From: Deferribacterales bacterium
Lineage (GTDB): Bacteria; Chrysiogenota; Deferribacteres; Deferribacterales; Geovibrionaceae
Length of the DNA: 64,000 nucleotides
Direction: 5' to 3'
NCBI GenBank assembly: GCA_050253075.1
Contig: JBFWJS010000005.1
Location: 115,237 to 179,236, forward strand
Position numbers and translations under genes: made by a program. The notes beneath the pieces are model-generated. The model worked only from the letters and a program-made list of their open reading frames with translations. It was not told the origin of the DNA and did no database searches. Shown here one piece after another: positions 50,931 through 60,359 of this stretch; position 1 is the stretch's first letter; each line of letters opens with the position of its first letter.

Positions 50931-51990
50931 TAAAGCGGCGGCTGAAAGCGAAGTAGCCGCAAACGCCATGAAGAACTGCTCCGACGTCAGCTTTGTCGGC
51001 AGTGCCGAAGAAGTCCCCGATAACAAGAACTGCATATATATCACCGCAGGCCCAAACACCTTTGTACACAGGTGCCCCGCCACAAAGATATACAGATGCT
51101 GTGACTACTATGTGGCAGATGTAGCCGAGGGATGCCCCTTCGACTGTACATACTGTATATTACAGTCATACCTGAACCACGAATATATAAAGGTCTATTC
51201 AGACTTTGAAGGGATAAAGAACGATATACTGAATCTGCCGAAAGACAGGTTTTACCGGCTGGGCACGGGCGAACTCTCCGACAGCCTCGCCCTCGACCAC
51301 ATATTCAACTTCAGCGGATTCATAGGCGAAACAGTGAATAAAGCGGAAAACCTCCTCTTCGAGTTCAAAACCAAATCCGCAAACATAAAGAACCTCCTGA
51401 ACATAAACCCGAAGAATATGATGGTCTCATGGAGTATGAATCCACAGGAGATAATTGATAAAGAAGAGCACGGAGCGGCAAAGCTGGACAACAGGCTGAA
51501 AGCCGCAAACCTCTGCTCCCAGTACGGATACAAGATAGGCTTCCACTTCGATCCGCTGATATACTACGACAATTTCGAAGCGGGATACGCCGAAGTCATC
51601 AGAAAGATGGCAGAGTCTGTCCCCGAAAGCTCTGTGGAATACATATCTGTCTCCACTTTCCGCTTCATCCCCGAGCTCTTAGACATTGTAAGGGGCAAGT
51701 TTGACCGTTCGCTGCTGCTCCAGAGCGAATACGTGAAGACAATGGACGGAAAGATGCGCTACTTCAAGCCTGTTCGTGTACACATGCTTGACTTCTTTGT
51801 AAAAGAGGTGCGTAAATACTGGAAGGATGTTTTCATATACTTCTGCATGGAGCATGAATCCGTCTGGAAAAAGATAATGAAGTACGACCCCGGTGAGCGT
51901 GAAGACTTTGAAAAGTTCTTCCCATGCCAGATAAAACATACGCCTGACAGCAGGATAACTCATTCTGAACAAGTAGAAGAATCTGAATAA
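50911..51990 (+). CDS. spore-photoproduct-lyase-like radical SAM protein
   Basis: GCPFDCTYCILQ, GTGELSDSL, EFKTK, GFHFDP, DGKMRY, YFCME. Confidence 0.88.
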   Translation: MSRIFVDKAAAESEVAANAMKNCSDVSFVGSAEEVPDNKNCIYITAGPNTFVHRCPATKIYRCCDYYVADVAEGCPFDCTYCILQSYLNHEYIKVYSDFEGIKNDILNLPKDRFYRLGTGELSDSLALDHIFNFSGFIGETVNKAENLLFEFKTKSANIKNLLNINPKNMMVSWSMNPQEIIDKEEHGAAKLDNRLKAANLCSQYGYKIGFHFDPLIYYDNFEAGYAEVIRKMAESVPESSVEYISVSTFRFIPELLDIVRGKFDRSLLLQSEYVKTMDGKMRYFKPVRVHMLDFFVKEVRKYWKDVFIYFCMEHESVWKKIMKYDPGEREDFEKFFPCQIKHTPDSRITHSEQVEESE

Positions 51991-52011
51991 GAAAGATAAA
52001 TAAGGTCACAT

Positions 52012-52036
52012 ATCCTTCGCATCTGCTCAGGATGAC
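52012..52036. repeat. half copy of the GTCAT...ATGAC repeat
   Basis: atccttcgcatctgctcaggatgac resembles the right arm of the 32209 copy. Confidence 0.55.
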
Positions 52037-52110
52037 CCGGCGAGCATTACATTTCCCCTTTTATTAAAAGCGGAATCTGCTTATAATATGCCCGTTTCGA
52101 TGGAGGAATA

Positions 52111-53301
52111 ATGGGTTTTTTCAGCATATTTAAAAAGAAGAAAGACGAGGTAGCCGAGCAGGAAGAGCAGGTTATCGAAAATGATATAGAAACCGAAGAG
52201 GAAGGCGAAGAGCCCGAAGCTGTCGAGGTGCAGGCGGAAGAACCTGCCGCAGTGGAAGAAGCTACAGACGAAGAGCCTGAAGATGATGAATCCGAGGACG
52301 AATCTGAGGACGAAGATGAAGAGGAAGAGCAGTCCGAAGCTGTAAAGCAGGACTATGCCGAGAAGCCTGCCGTGAAGCAGGGCTTCTTTAAAAGGCTGAA
52401 AAAGGGTCTCTCCAAAACATCCGGCAAGCTGGTCGGCGGGATGGAGAGCATCTTCACAGGGAAAAAGAACATCGACGAAGACCTCCTAGAAGAGCTGGAA
52501 GAGCTGTTCATCACATCCGATGTGGGCGTCCCCACCACAATGAAGATCATAGACAACGTACGCAGCGAGCTTTCCCGCAAGGCTCTGAAAGACCCACAGG
52601 AGCTCAAGGCCGAGCTTAAAAAACAGATCAAAAATATTCTCGATATACCGAACGACCTGAACACCACCGAAGATAAGCCATACGTGATAATGGTGCTCGG
52701 CGTGAACGGCGCAGGAAAGACCACAAGCATCGCAAAGATGGCTAAACGCTTTAAAGAGCAGGGACTTTCCACATGTCTCGCCGCAGGGGACACATTCCGT
52801 GCTGCCGCCATAGACCAGCTGTGCGTATGGGCAGACAGGGTGAAAGTACCCGTGGTGAAACAGTCCGAAGGGAGCGACAGCGCCGCTGTCATATTCGACG
52901 CTATACAGTCCTGCAGATCAAAGGGTATACAGGTACTCATTGCGGATACTGCGGGAAGACTGCATAATAAATTTAACCTGATGAAAGAGATGGAAAAGAT
53001 AGTCCGCATATGTAAGCGGGAGCTGCCTGATGCGCCGCACGAGATACTCCTTGTGCTGGATGCTACCAGCGGACAGAACGCCCTCTCTCAGGCACAGAAA
53101 TTCCACGAAAGCGTGGGCATCACAGGGCTGGTACTCACAAAGCTGGACGGCACAGCAAAGGGCGGTGCGGTCATCGGCATCGTGGACGAGCTTCAGATAC
53201 CTGTGAAATTCATAGGTTTCGGTGAAGGGATAGACGACATGAAGCCTTTCGATGCGGAAGACTTCGTCAATGCCCTCTTTGACAACGACACGGAGAACTG
53301 A
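52111..53301 (+). CDS. ftsY: signal recognition particle receptor FtsY
   Basis: Acidic N-terminal region, GVNGAGKTT, DTFRAAA, DTAGRL, TKLDGTAKGG. Confidence 0.97.
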   Translation: MGFFSIFKKKKDEVAEQEEQVIENDIETEEEGEEPEAVEVQAEEPAAVEEATDEEPEDDESEDESEDEDEEEEQSEAVKQDYAEKPAVKQGFFKRLKKGLSKTSGKLVGGMESIFTGKKNIDEDLLEELEELFITSDVGVPTTMKIIDNVRSELSRKALKDPQELKAELKKQIKNILDIPNDLNTTEDKPYVIMVLGVNGAGKTTSIAKMAKRFKEQGLSTCLAAGDTFRAAAIDQLCVWADRVKVPVVKQSEGSDSAAVIFDAIQSCRSKGIQVLIADTAGRLHNKFNLMKEMEKIVRICKRELPDAPHEILLVLDATSGQNALSQAQKFHESVGITGLVLTKLDGTAKGGAVIGIVDELQIPVKFIGFGEGIDDMKPFDAEDFVNALFDNDTEN

Positions 53302-53308
53302 TCATAAC

Positions 53309-53647
53309 ATGCGCTTCCTATTTATTTTAATTGCTCTGGCATGCTTAATGCCTAGCCAAGCCCCCGCACAGGAGAATATCCGCGGGATATTCTTTGAAAA
53401 CGATTCACCGCACATGCTCGGCGTACGCCTTATCAACAGATACAGCAGAGTGGAGGATCACTATCTTTTCGACCCGAACAGCAAAGAGCACGTGGACACA
53501 AAGGTCGAAACATTCACACTCTCTGCACAGCTGATAACACCCAGCTATCAGATAGACTGCTGTGAATGGACACAGATACACAGCGGCGACACCGTCACCA
53601 TAGAGTATCTGCCCGACCGCGACAGATGCTGGTGTAAGATAAAATAA
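53309..53647 (+). CDS. small exported hypothetical protein
   Basis: Signal peptide MRFLFILIALACLMPSQAPA; OB-fold-like GDTVTIEY. Confidence 0.65.
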   Translation: MRFLFILIALACLMPSQAPAQENIRGIFFENDSPHMLGVRLINRYSRVEDHYLFDPNSKEHVDTKVETFTLSAQLITPSYQIDCCEWTQIHSGDTVTIEYLPDRDRCWCKIK

Positions 53648-53899
53648 TCAGTCTATATTCATACAGCTCCGCTCCTGAAGGAACTCCTCAAGGCTCTTTT
53701 TCGGCACACGCCATCTGCCGTTTCCGTCTATGCTGGTGTTCCATGCGATGAGCTTTGCGCTTTTTATCCATCTGCGTACCGTGATGTGACTGACCTGAAG
53801 TATCTTCGCCACCTGATATATGGTCAGGTTGCTCCCGGGCATTGATTCCACCTGTCTGCTTATACTATCCTCATTCCATACTTTGCACGGAGCCGACAT
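53648..53899 (-). CDS. HTH_17 / excisionase-type (MerR-like) DNA-binding protein
   Basis: LTIYQVAKILQVSHITVRRWIKSAKLIA...GRWRVPKKSLEEFL; GGAGG RBS before the ATG at 53899. Confidence 0.85.
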   Translation of the reverse strand: MSAPCKVWNEDSISRQVESMPGSNLTIYQVAKILQVSHITVRRWIKSAKLIAWNTSIDGNGRWRVPKKSLEEFLQERSCMNID

Positions 53900-53915
53900 A
53901 CCGCACCTCCAAATA

Positions 53916-54000
53916 ACATAATTTATTTGTACATAAATACACAATATGCATGTATTTTTCAACACATATTTTCTGTTTGTTTTTCACAGAATATATCTGT
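53916..54000. promoter_or_regulatory. four ACA-N9-TGT operators between divergent HTH genes
   Basis: ACATAATTTATTTGT 53916, ACACAATATGCATGT 53939, ACACATATTTTCTGT 53962, ACAGAATATATCTGT 53986; spacing 23, 23, 24 bp. Confidence 0.8.
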
Positions 54001-54011
54001 ATATATTATAT

Positions 54012-54371
54012 ATGGGTGTAGGACACAGATTAAAAGAGCTCCGCAGAGAGCTGAAGATCAGTCAGAAAGAACTAGGAAATCTGCTGAATGTCGCACAGCA
54101 GGTGGTCAGTTATTATGAAAAAAGCGGTAATATAGATGCGTCAAAACTGTCCATCATCTCTGAAAAATACAGCATAGATATCAGATACTTCTTCGAAGAC
54201 AAACCTTTAAACTCTTACAGAGGCACAAACCTTCAGCTTAATTCCTCTTCAGACTTTATAATCCCCGCCGGATGGGACGACATACTCCATGAAATGGCGG
54301 AGATAGAATACGGCAAGGTGCGGATAATAGAATCTGTTGTCAGAACATTGATTAAAGAATTTAAGAATTAA
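54012..54371 (+). CDS. XRE-family (cI-like) repressor
   Basis: GHRLKELRRELKISQKELGNLLNVAQQVVSYYEKS HTH. No SD, so possibly leaderless. No S24 autopeptidase domain. Confidence 0.88.
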   Translation: MGVGHRLKELRRELKISQKELGNLLNVAQQVVSYYEKSGNIDASKLSIISEKYSIDIRYFFEDKPLNSYRGTNLQLNSSSDFIIPAGWDDILHEMAEIEYGKVRIIESVVRTLIKEFKN

Positions 54372-54404
54372 CACTTTAAATTTCATACGGGGGAAAACCG
54401 GCTG

Positions 54405-56513
54405 ATGGATATTAGCGGCGAAAACGCCCCATTTATTTTACGTTTTTCTAAATACATGTATCGAACAAACCCGAGAATAACAAGAGGAGGACCGCCCAGA
54501 ACAGCCTAAGGCCAGCCTCTGAATATAGATAAAGCCGTAGCAGGCATACGAAATGCGCATACAGCATACTGCCGTTTCGACTTTAATAAAGACCTCCCAC
54601 TTTACTCACTGCTGACCTTGAAAAAAGGCTCACTCTCAAAGTCGAACAGATACCACTTCCTGAAAACCGCAGATATAAAGCTGACGGGCAGTTTGTCCCC
54701 TGAGGACCTCATCTTTGCGCTAAAGGACGATGCAGATATCTCCAGATTTGAAAACATACTGCGCTACAGTCGAAACATAAACTTCCGAAAGTCTCTGACC
54801 CATATGTCAGACATAAGAGCCCTACTGCCGGAGGATAAGCTGAAAAACTCAGTTACCGAAGGCGACATAGTAATCCAGCTGTTTAATAACGACAACTACG
54901 GCAAACTACTCCACTTTCTCAGAGACGGGCTGAATATAAGAGCAGGCGACATCTTTTCCGTAGGCAGTCTGAACATCATAAAAGCAAATATAAACGACCT
55001 GTCTAAGCTGGAAACTCTAGCATCACACTCTCTGATAAGGTCTGTGGAAAGCGCTCACAGCATCCATCTGGAAGAGCATTATATAAGGCACGCTCCGCTG
55101 CCGCTGAACTGTGTGAAAGAACGAGCCCTTCAAAAAGCATATCCCAAGGCCGCCCTGATAGACTCAGGCGTGGCATCTGACTCCCTGCTGAAAGAGTGGG
55201 AGATATCCACGGAAAGCTACATCCCTGATGAAAAGCGAAATCCAGCCCACGGCACTTTTGTCTGCGGGCGAATGCTTCAGGAAGGGGAAGAGTTCGGCGG
55301 GATACTGTACCTGAACGCTGAAATGATGCCTTCGGACGGAATTTTATCCATCAGCGATTTCTACAGAAACATGACAGACATCCTGCAGAAATACTCAAAG
55401 ACCATAAAAGTTTATAACATCTCCATGGGTACATCTGCTCTGCTCCGAGACGAATTTTCCTACTCCGCATACATACTGGACACACTGCAGAAGGAATATG
55501 ACGTGCTCTTCATAATATCCGCAGGCAACTGTGCACCTGACGGGGAGGCTCCGAGGTCACTCACTGCACCTGCCGAAAGCGTACACTCCGTCAGCGTCGG
55601 TTCCGTGGCGCACACAGACACAAATATCCAGAAGAAGCACACCCCATCCCTTTTCACAAGGCACGGCCCGGCACCGCTCGGATTCATAAAGCCCGACATC
55701 GCCGCATACGGAGGGGCTCATGCTGAGCATTTCGGCAGGCTGAAACCTGTGGGAGTATTCAGCATCGGCGTGCAGAACGAGCTGGCAGAAGACATCGGAA
55801 CCTCCCACGCCGTCCCTATGGTCACATCAAAAGCGGCAAAGCTGTATCACCAATACAGCCATGCATTTAAAAGCCCCGACATAACAAAAACATTGCTGAT
55901 ACACGATGCATTCCTAAAAAAAAGCTCCAAAGAGCCCGACATATACTGCGGATACGGCATATCTGCCGATGGAGACAATGACGAAAACCATGTAACATAC
56001 ATCCATCAGGGGCTGGTAAAGCCTGAGCAGATAGTAGAACTGCCCGAGATACCTATCCCACCCGATATGATAAAGGACGGAGCCGTCTATGGAGGCATCG
56101 TCCTGACACTTGTTTATAAGACACACGTGGACATAGCTTTCCCTCATTACTACTGCATGACAATGCTGGATATATCACTCGGGTATTACGACGGGGGGAA
56201 GTGGATATCTGTGATGACGGCGAAAGATACGGCGGGGCTCCCCAAAGGAAAAGATGCACAGGAGCTCTTTAAATGGCAGCCTGTAAAAGTGTTCAGCAGG
56301 GTATTTAAAAATAAGAAAATGCCCGACAAGCTATTACTAAGAATAATACCGTCTAAAAGAGATTTTTATGACAAAATGGAAGACATTTCATACTCATTCG
56401 CTATATCTTTTGTGAGCAAAGAGGAAAACCTGTTGAAAGGTATTCTCGACAGACCGTCTGATTTTTCACACATTCTCGAATCTGCCCATGACTTGTGGAA
56501 AACATGTGGATAA
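54405..56513 (+). pseudogene. IetS-like S8 (subtilisin-like) serine peptidase with an in-frame TAA at 54507-54509
   Basis: Triad IDSGV / HGTFV / GTSHAVP and oxyanion SAGN are intact in the 54618-56513 ORF. The same frame extends to the ATG at 54405 (MDISGENAPFILRFSKYMYRTNPRITRGGPPRTA*GQPLNIDKAVAG...) with only one stop. Confidence 0.6.
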
Positions 56514-56692
56514 TAAAAGCGTTAATTAGCCAATAAACCAACACTTTTCAACAATACAATAAAAAAACCTTATTTATCAATTATATAACAAAAAACCCCG
56601 CAAACACGGGGTTTAGGTTGTCAAGCACTTTTTTTTCAACAAAATTTTGGAAAACATGTTTACAAAATAGTCAGAAACCTTGTGTCTTCACA
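56462..56692. promoter_or_regulatory. DnaA-box cluster
   Basis: Exact TTWTNCACA matches at 56462(+), 56494(-) and 56505(-); one-mismatch boxes at 56545(+), 56633(+) and 56646(-); AT-rich context. Confidence 0.7.
56590..56614 (-). terminator. probable terminator of the TPR gene
   Basis: AAACCCCG/CGGGGTTT stem with a T run on the minus strand. Confidence 0.55.
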
Positions 56693-56752
56693 GTTTCGAC
56701 AAAACTGTTCATTTTTTGACCATTAAAAAAAATCATATTTTAACGGTAAAAA

Positions 56753-57706
56753 TCACCACAATCTGAGCTTTGTACCTTTTTCGTAATTTTGTATGTCGTA
56801 TCTGAAATCTTCTTTCTGAACCAGATCCTGTGTCTGAGCTATTGCTTCGTCCAATACCTTTATTGCGTTTTCAAAATCGTCGGTCTCGGCATATGCCGCA
56901 GCCATCACTTCCGCATAGTGGACAACGTTCAGGTCATAGAGTTCTTTTGCTATCTTTACGGCTTTTTCGCCGTTTCTGTATGATTCCAGAGGGTTTGTGG
57001 AATATACCCATGCGAGCATGCGCTTCGCCTCGAGGTTCGTCTTGTCTATTTTAATGGCCTTTTCAAGGTCGTTAACGGCCTGATTTGCGTCTTTCTGCTT
57101 ATAGAACACCTTCGCCCTGAGCAGATAAAGATCAGAGTTTTCAGGGGATTTCTGCATGGCTTTCAGGGTGTATGTCTTTGCCTCGTCATACTTGCCCATG
57201 TTGAATAACAGATCGCCCATAGCAACGAGGAAATCTGCGCTCTCTCCGCCCCATCTCTCGGCACCTTTGAGGTCCTTTGCCGCCTCTGCATAGTCGCCCA
57301 TGGCCACATGTGCTTTTGCTCTCTCCACATATGCCACAGGGTATTTCTTCCCTGCTTTATCTATGACGGTTCTGAAATCTATCACCGCATCCTTATAAAA
57401 GCTGAGTTTCACGTATGCACGTCCCCTTTTCAGGTGATATTTAGCATCGCCGTGGTTTCTGATGGCTTTTGTATAGTTGTTTACAGCCTCGCCGTATCTG
57501 CCGAATGCGTAGTCTATATCCGCAAGTCCTTCATAGTAATAATCCGAATGAACAGACTTCGTAACATTCTTTTCATAATTCTGAACCGCTTCTTCGTATG
57601 TCGGCGCTTTCAGCGCAGCATCGAGCCCCGCCGTATACTCTTCCTGATTAACAGTACAGCCGGCAGTCATAAGAACAAGCGAAAACAAAGCAATCAAAAC
57701 TCTCAT
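56753..57706 (-). CDS. TPR-repeat lipoprotein
   Basis: Lipobox MTAGC, several TPRs, C-terminal LAWVYST.P..YRNG..A motif; GAGG RBS before the ATG at 57706. Confidence 0.85.
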   Translation of the reverse strand: MRVLIALFSLVLMTAGCTVNQEEYTAGLDAALKAPTYEEAVQNYEKNVTKSVHSDYYYEGLADIDYAFGRYGEAVNNYTKAIRNHGDAKYHLKRGRAYVKLSFYKDAVIDFRTVIDKAGKKYPVAYVERAKAHVAMGDYAEAAKDLKGAERWGGESADFLVAMGDLLFNMGKYDEAKTYTLKAMQKSPENSDLYLLRAKVFYKQKDANQAVNDLEKAIKIDKTNLEAKRMLAWVYSTNPLESYRNGEKAVKIAKELYDLNVVHYAEVMAAAYAETDDFENAIKVLDEAIAQTQDLVQKEDFRYDIQNYEKGTKLRLW

Positions 57707-57791
57707 CAAAGCACCTCTCTGGTCGTGTCTAAGTGAATACAATACCTTTTATTAGATTCCATTGAAAGAGTAAAGTTCAGCCCCCACAGCC

Positions 57792-57845
57792 GTTTCAGGT
57801 TTAACCGCCCTTAAACATATCCATTATTTCATTCCTGTACCATCC
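57792..57845 (+). promoter_or_regulatory. shared late-type promoter motif, copy 2 (head/tail operon)
   Basis: GTTTC-N14-TTAAACATAT-N16-GTACCATCC; same architecture as 47997-47944. Confidence 0.7.
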
Positions 57846-57875
57846 ACTCACTTGAAAAACTCTAAAGGAGGAAAC

Positions 57876-58568
57876 ATGAAACTGGAACTGGCGAAAACCG
57901 GAAACCATAACGGCATCACCATAACAGAAGAAGACCTGAGAGACATGGCAGCGACCTTTACAGGCGATGTGCCCGTCACAATAGGTCACGAGGCCGACGA
58001 CTCCATGCCCGCATACGGCTGGGTCACCGCTCTAGAAGTGTCCGAAGACGGACAGACACTCACAGGCGAACTGGAGCTGAACGAAGAGCTCCAGCAGGCT
58101 ATCGCAGAGGGACGTTACAAGAACTGGAGCATAGGCGCAGGCAGAAACGCAGACGAGCAGATGTATCTGCACCATGTGGCGTTCCTCGGCGCTGTCCCCC
58201 CGATGATAAAGGGGCTGAAGCTCATCGAGATGGGCGACAGGTCAGACATCGTCACATTCGCCATAAACGGCGGATGCTCACTCACCCTCTCCGATGCGGA
58301 GCTCTCCGAATACGCATCACTGCGTAAGGAAAAGAAGAGCGCACTCATCAAAAAGCTCTCCGACGCATCAGCGGGGAAGATCCCCTTCGGCAAGCGTGAG
58401 GAGCTCATCAGATTCGCAGACTCTCAGCTCTCCGCAGGCGGCGAAGAGATAGTCTCCATGCTGGCGGAGATATTCGAAAGCGTGAAACACCCAGTGAGAG
58501 AAGGGATATCCCAAGCCATCAGAACAAAAAACGCTGAAACGTCCGTAAACGTATTCAGCAAAATCTAG
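57876..58568 (+). CDS. Mu gpI-like head maturation protease / short scaffold
   Basis: PVTIGH...PAYGWV...GRYKNWSI...YLHHVAFLGAVPP.IKGL; AAGGAGG RBS. Confidence 0.82.
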   Translation: MKLELAKTGNHNGITITEEDLRDMAATFTGDVPVTIGHEADDSMPAYGWVTALEVSEDGQTLTGELELNEELQQAIAEGRYKNWSIGAGRNADEQMYLHHVAFLGAVPPMIKGLKLIEMGDRSDIVTFAINGGCSLTLSDAELSEYASLRKEKKSALIKKLSDASAGKIPFGKREELIRFADSQLSAGGEEIVSMLAEIFESVKHPVREGISQAIRTKNAETSVNVFSKI

Positions 58569-58577
58569 GAGGAATAA

Positions 58578-58940
58578 ATGGCAACAGTAAACGGCGTTAT
58601 CGGTCAGCAGACCATCACAGACAAATCTGTCATCGACGACAGACACCCCGCAGTGATCCGCTTTATGCAGTTCAAAGCAGACAACGGCATCATCGGAGCA
58701 GGCGAGATACTCGCACTGGATTCTAACGGCGACGTGGTCTCATACGACCCTGCATCAGGCGGAACAGAGGCATCACCTATCGGCGTGTGCTCATCACAGA
58801 CAGACACGGCGAAAGATACCGCAGGCGGAGTCATCATCCATGGAACAGTAGTAGGCGCAAGCCTTCTCACCCTCGGCGTAAAAGCTGTCTCCGCAGAGAT
58901 AGAAGCCCTCGAGGCAAACACACTCATCTGGTCATTCTAG
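58578..58940 (+). CDS. head decoration protein
   Basis: 120 aa between protease and capsid genes; AGEILA...PIGV...VIIHGTV pattern. Confidence 0.7.
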   Translation: MATVNGVIGQQTITDKSVIDDRHPAVIRFMQFKADNGIIGAGEILALDSNGDVVSYDPASGGTEASPIGVCSSQTDTAKDTAGGVIIHGTVVGASLLTLGVKAVSAEIEALEANTLIWSF

Positions 58941-58952
58941 GAGGATACATAA

Positions 58953-59936
58953 ATGATACAGCTTGATCTCAGCAGATATTTCACAACAGACTCACTCATC
59001 AAAGCACTCACAAACATGCCGGAGCTTAAATCCCCCGTCATGGACAGCATCTACACGGCGGACAAACGCAGAAACCACCCTCTGCCGACAGTCTCCGTCA
59101 GCGACCTCCAACAGGCGGTTAAGAACATAGCTATCACAAAAAGAGGCGGAGAACCTGTGCCTGTCTATGAAGAAAGCATGAACATCACACACATCGAACC
59201 TCAGCCGTTCAGACCTTCCGAAAGACTCAACGGAGTGGACGTGAATAACCTCAAGCTCCTCGACGAGACAGGCGTGGAGCTCCTCGTAAATAACAAGATA
59301 GACAGACTCCGCCGCATCGTCAGAGCATCCACAGAGGCTATGGCGGCACAGTCGCTCACAGGCTCTATCGCATACCCTATGGCTATGGACGGCGGATACG
59401 GCACATACAGCGTGGACTTCGGCTCCACACTCAGCCACTCCGTCGGCACTGCATGGACAGACTCGGGCATCACACTCGACGCCGTCCTCGCAGACCTCAT
59501 CAGCATGGAGGCAAACATCCAGGCTGAGACACACTACGGCTCCGACATCCGCTTCTGGGCGGGTCAGGACGCCTTCATGGCTCTGGCAAAGATCGTCCAG
59601 GACGTCAACAACACAGGCATCACGGGCATGATAGACGCAAGAACCATCAACATAGCAGGATTCAGGGTAGAGCTTCAGAACAGCTCATACACAGACCTCG
59701 CCACAGGCTCGCAGACAAAGGTCGTGGATACTTCAAAGGTGATGGCGTTCGCCGCCGATGCACCTTTCGAGCTGGTCTACTCTGTCATAGACGACCTCGA
59801 CAGCAACCTTACTGCCATGCCTTTCTTCGTAAAGAGCGTGAAAGACCCGAGGTCCTCAAGCATCGAGATCATCGCAGAGAGCAAACCGCTCCCTGTTCCG
59901 TTCACAAAGGGTATTTGCTGGGCAACAGCCGTATAA
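58953..59936 (+). CDS. major capsid protein (lambda gpE-like family)
   Basis: 327 aa; RG...P, LRRIV..TEAMAAQSLTG, VDFG, C-terminal ESKPLPVP. Confidence 0.82.
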   Translation: MIQLDLSRYFTTDSLIKALTNMPELKSPVMDSIYTADKRRNHPLPTVSVSDLQQAVKNIAITKRGGEPVPVYEESMNITHIEPQPFRPSERLNGVDVNNLKLLDETGVELLVNNKIDRLRRIVRASTEAMAAQSLTGSIAYPMAMDGGYGTYSVDFGSTLSHSVGTAWTDSGITLDAVLADLISMEANIQAETHYGSDIRFWAGQDAFMALAKIVQDVNNTGITGMIDARTINIAGFRVELQNSSYTDLATGSQTKVVDTSKVMAFAADAPFELVYSVIDDLDSNLTAMPFFVKSVKDPRSSSIEIIAESKPLPVPFTKGICWATAV

Positions 59937-59952
59937 GGCTCGACTCAAAAAT

Positions 59953-59981
59953 CGGCAGGGGTGCTCTGATGCGCCCCGCCG
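59953..59981. other. GC-rich hairpin after the capsid gene
   Basis: CGGC(A)GGGGTGC / GCGCCCCGCCG stem with no U tract on the plus strand. Confidence 0.45.
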
Positions 59982-60002
59982 CCCTATCAAAAGAGGTAAA
60001 CC

Positions 60003-60359
60003 ATGCTGATAGACATATATGAGCTTCAGGAAATGATACAGACAGAGGACTACGACGCCATATGCCGTGGTGACGATGCCGTTGCGGAAGAATCACTGGA
60101 ATCTGCCCGTGCGTATGTAGGACTGGCCGCTGAGAAATTCGGCATTGAATACGACGAGGAAGACCCAGCCATAAGGCTCGCCGTGAAAAAGTGGGCTCTG
60201 GCGCAGATGTACATCTTCGCAGCGGAGTGGGAAACAGCCCAAAGGTATAAGGACGAATGCAACGAAGTGCTCGCACCACTTGCCCCCGCATCCGAACAGG
60301 GGGGAAGAGTCTACTCTTCGACCGTTTCGGGGAGCACCTCGTGGAAAGGATATTACTGA
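60003..60359 (+). CDS. head-tail connector, Mu gp36/DUF1320-like
   Basis: 118-aa helical protein right after the capsid gene; A..YV...A..LY...RY pattern. Confidence 0.62.
   Translation: MLIDIYELQEMIQTEDYDAICRGDDAVAEESLESARAYVGLAAEKFGIEYDEEDPAIRLAVKKWALAQMYIFAAEWETAQRYKDECNEVLAPLAPASEQGGRVYSSTVSGSTSWKGYY

Noticed and set aside
53956..53988. DnaA-like boxes (TTTTCAACA, TTTTTCACA) in the switch region
   Set aside because: They overlap the ACA half-sites of the operators in very AT-rich DNA, so they are not independently supported.
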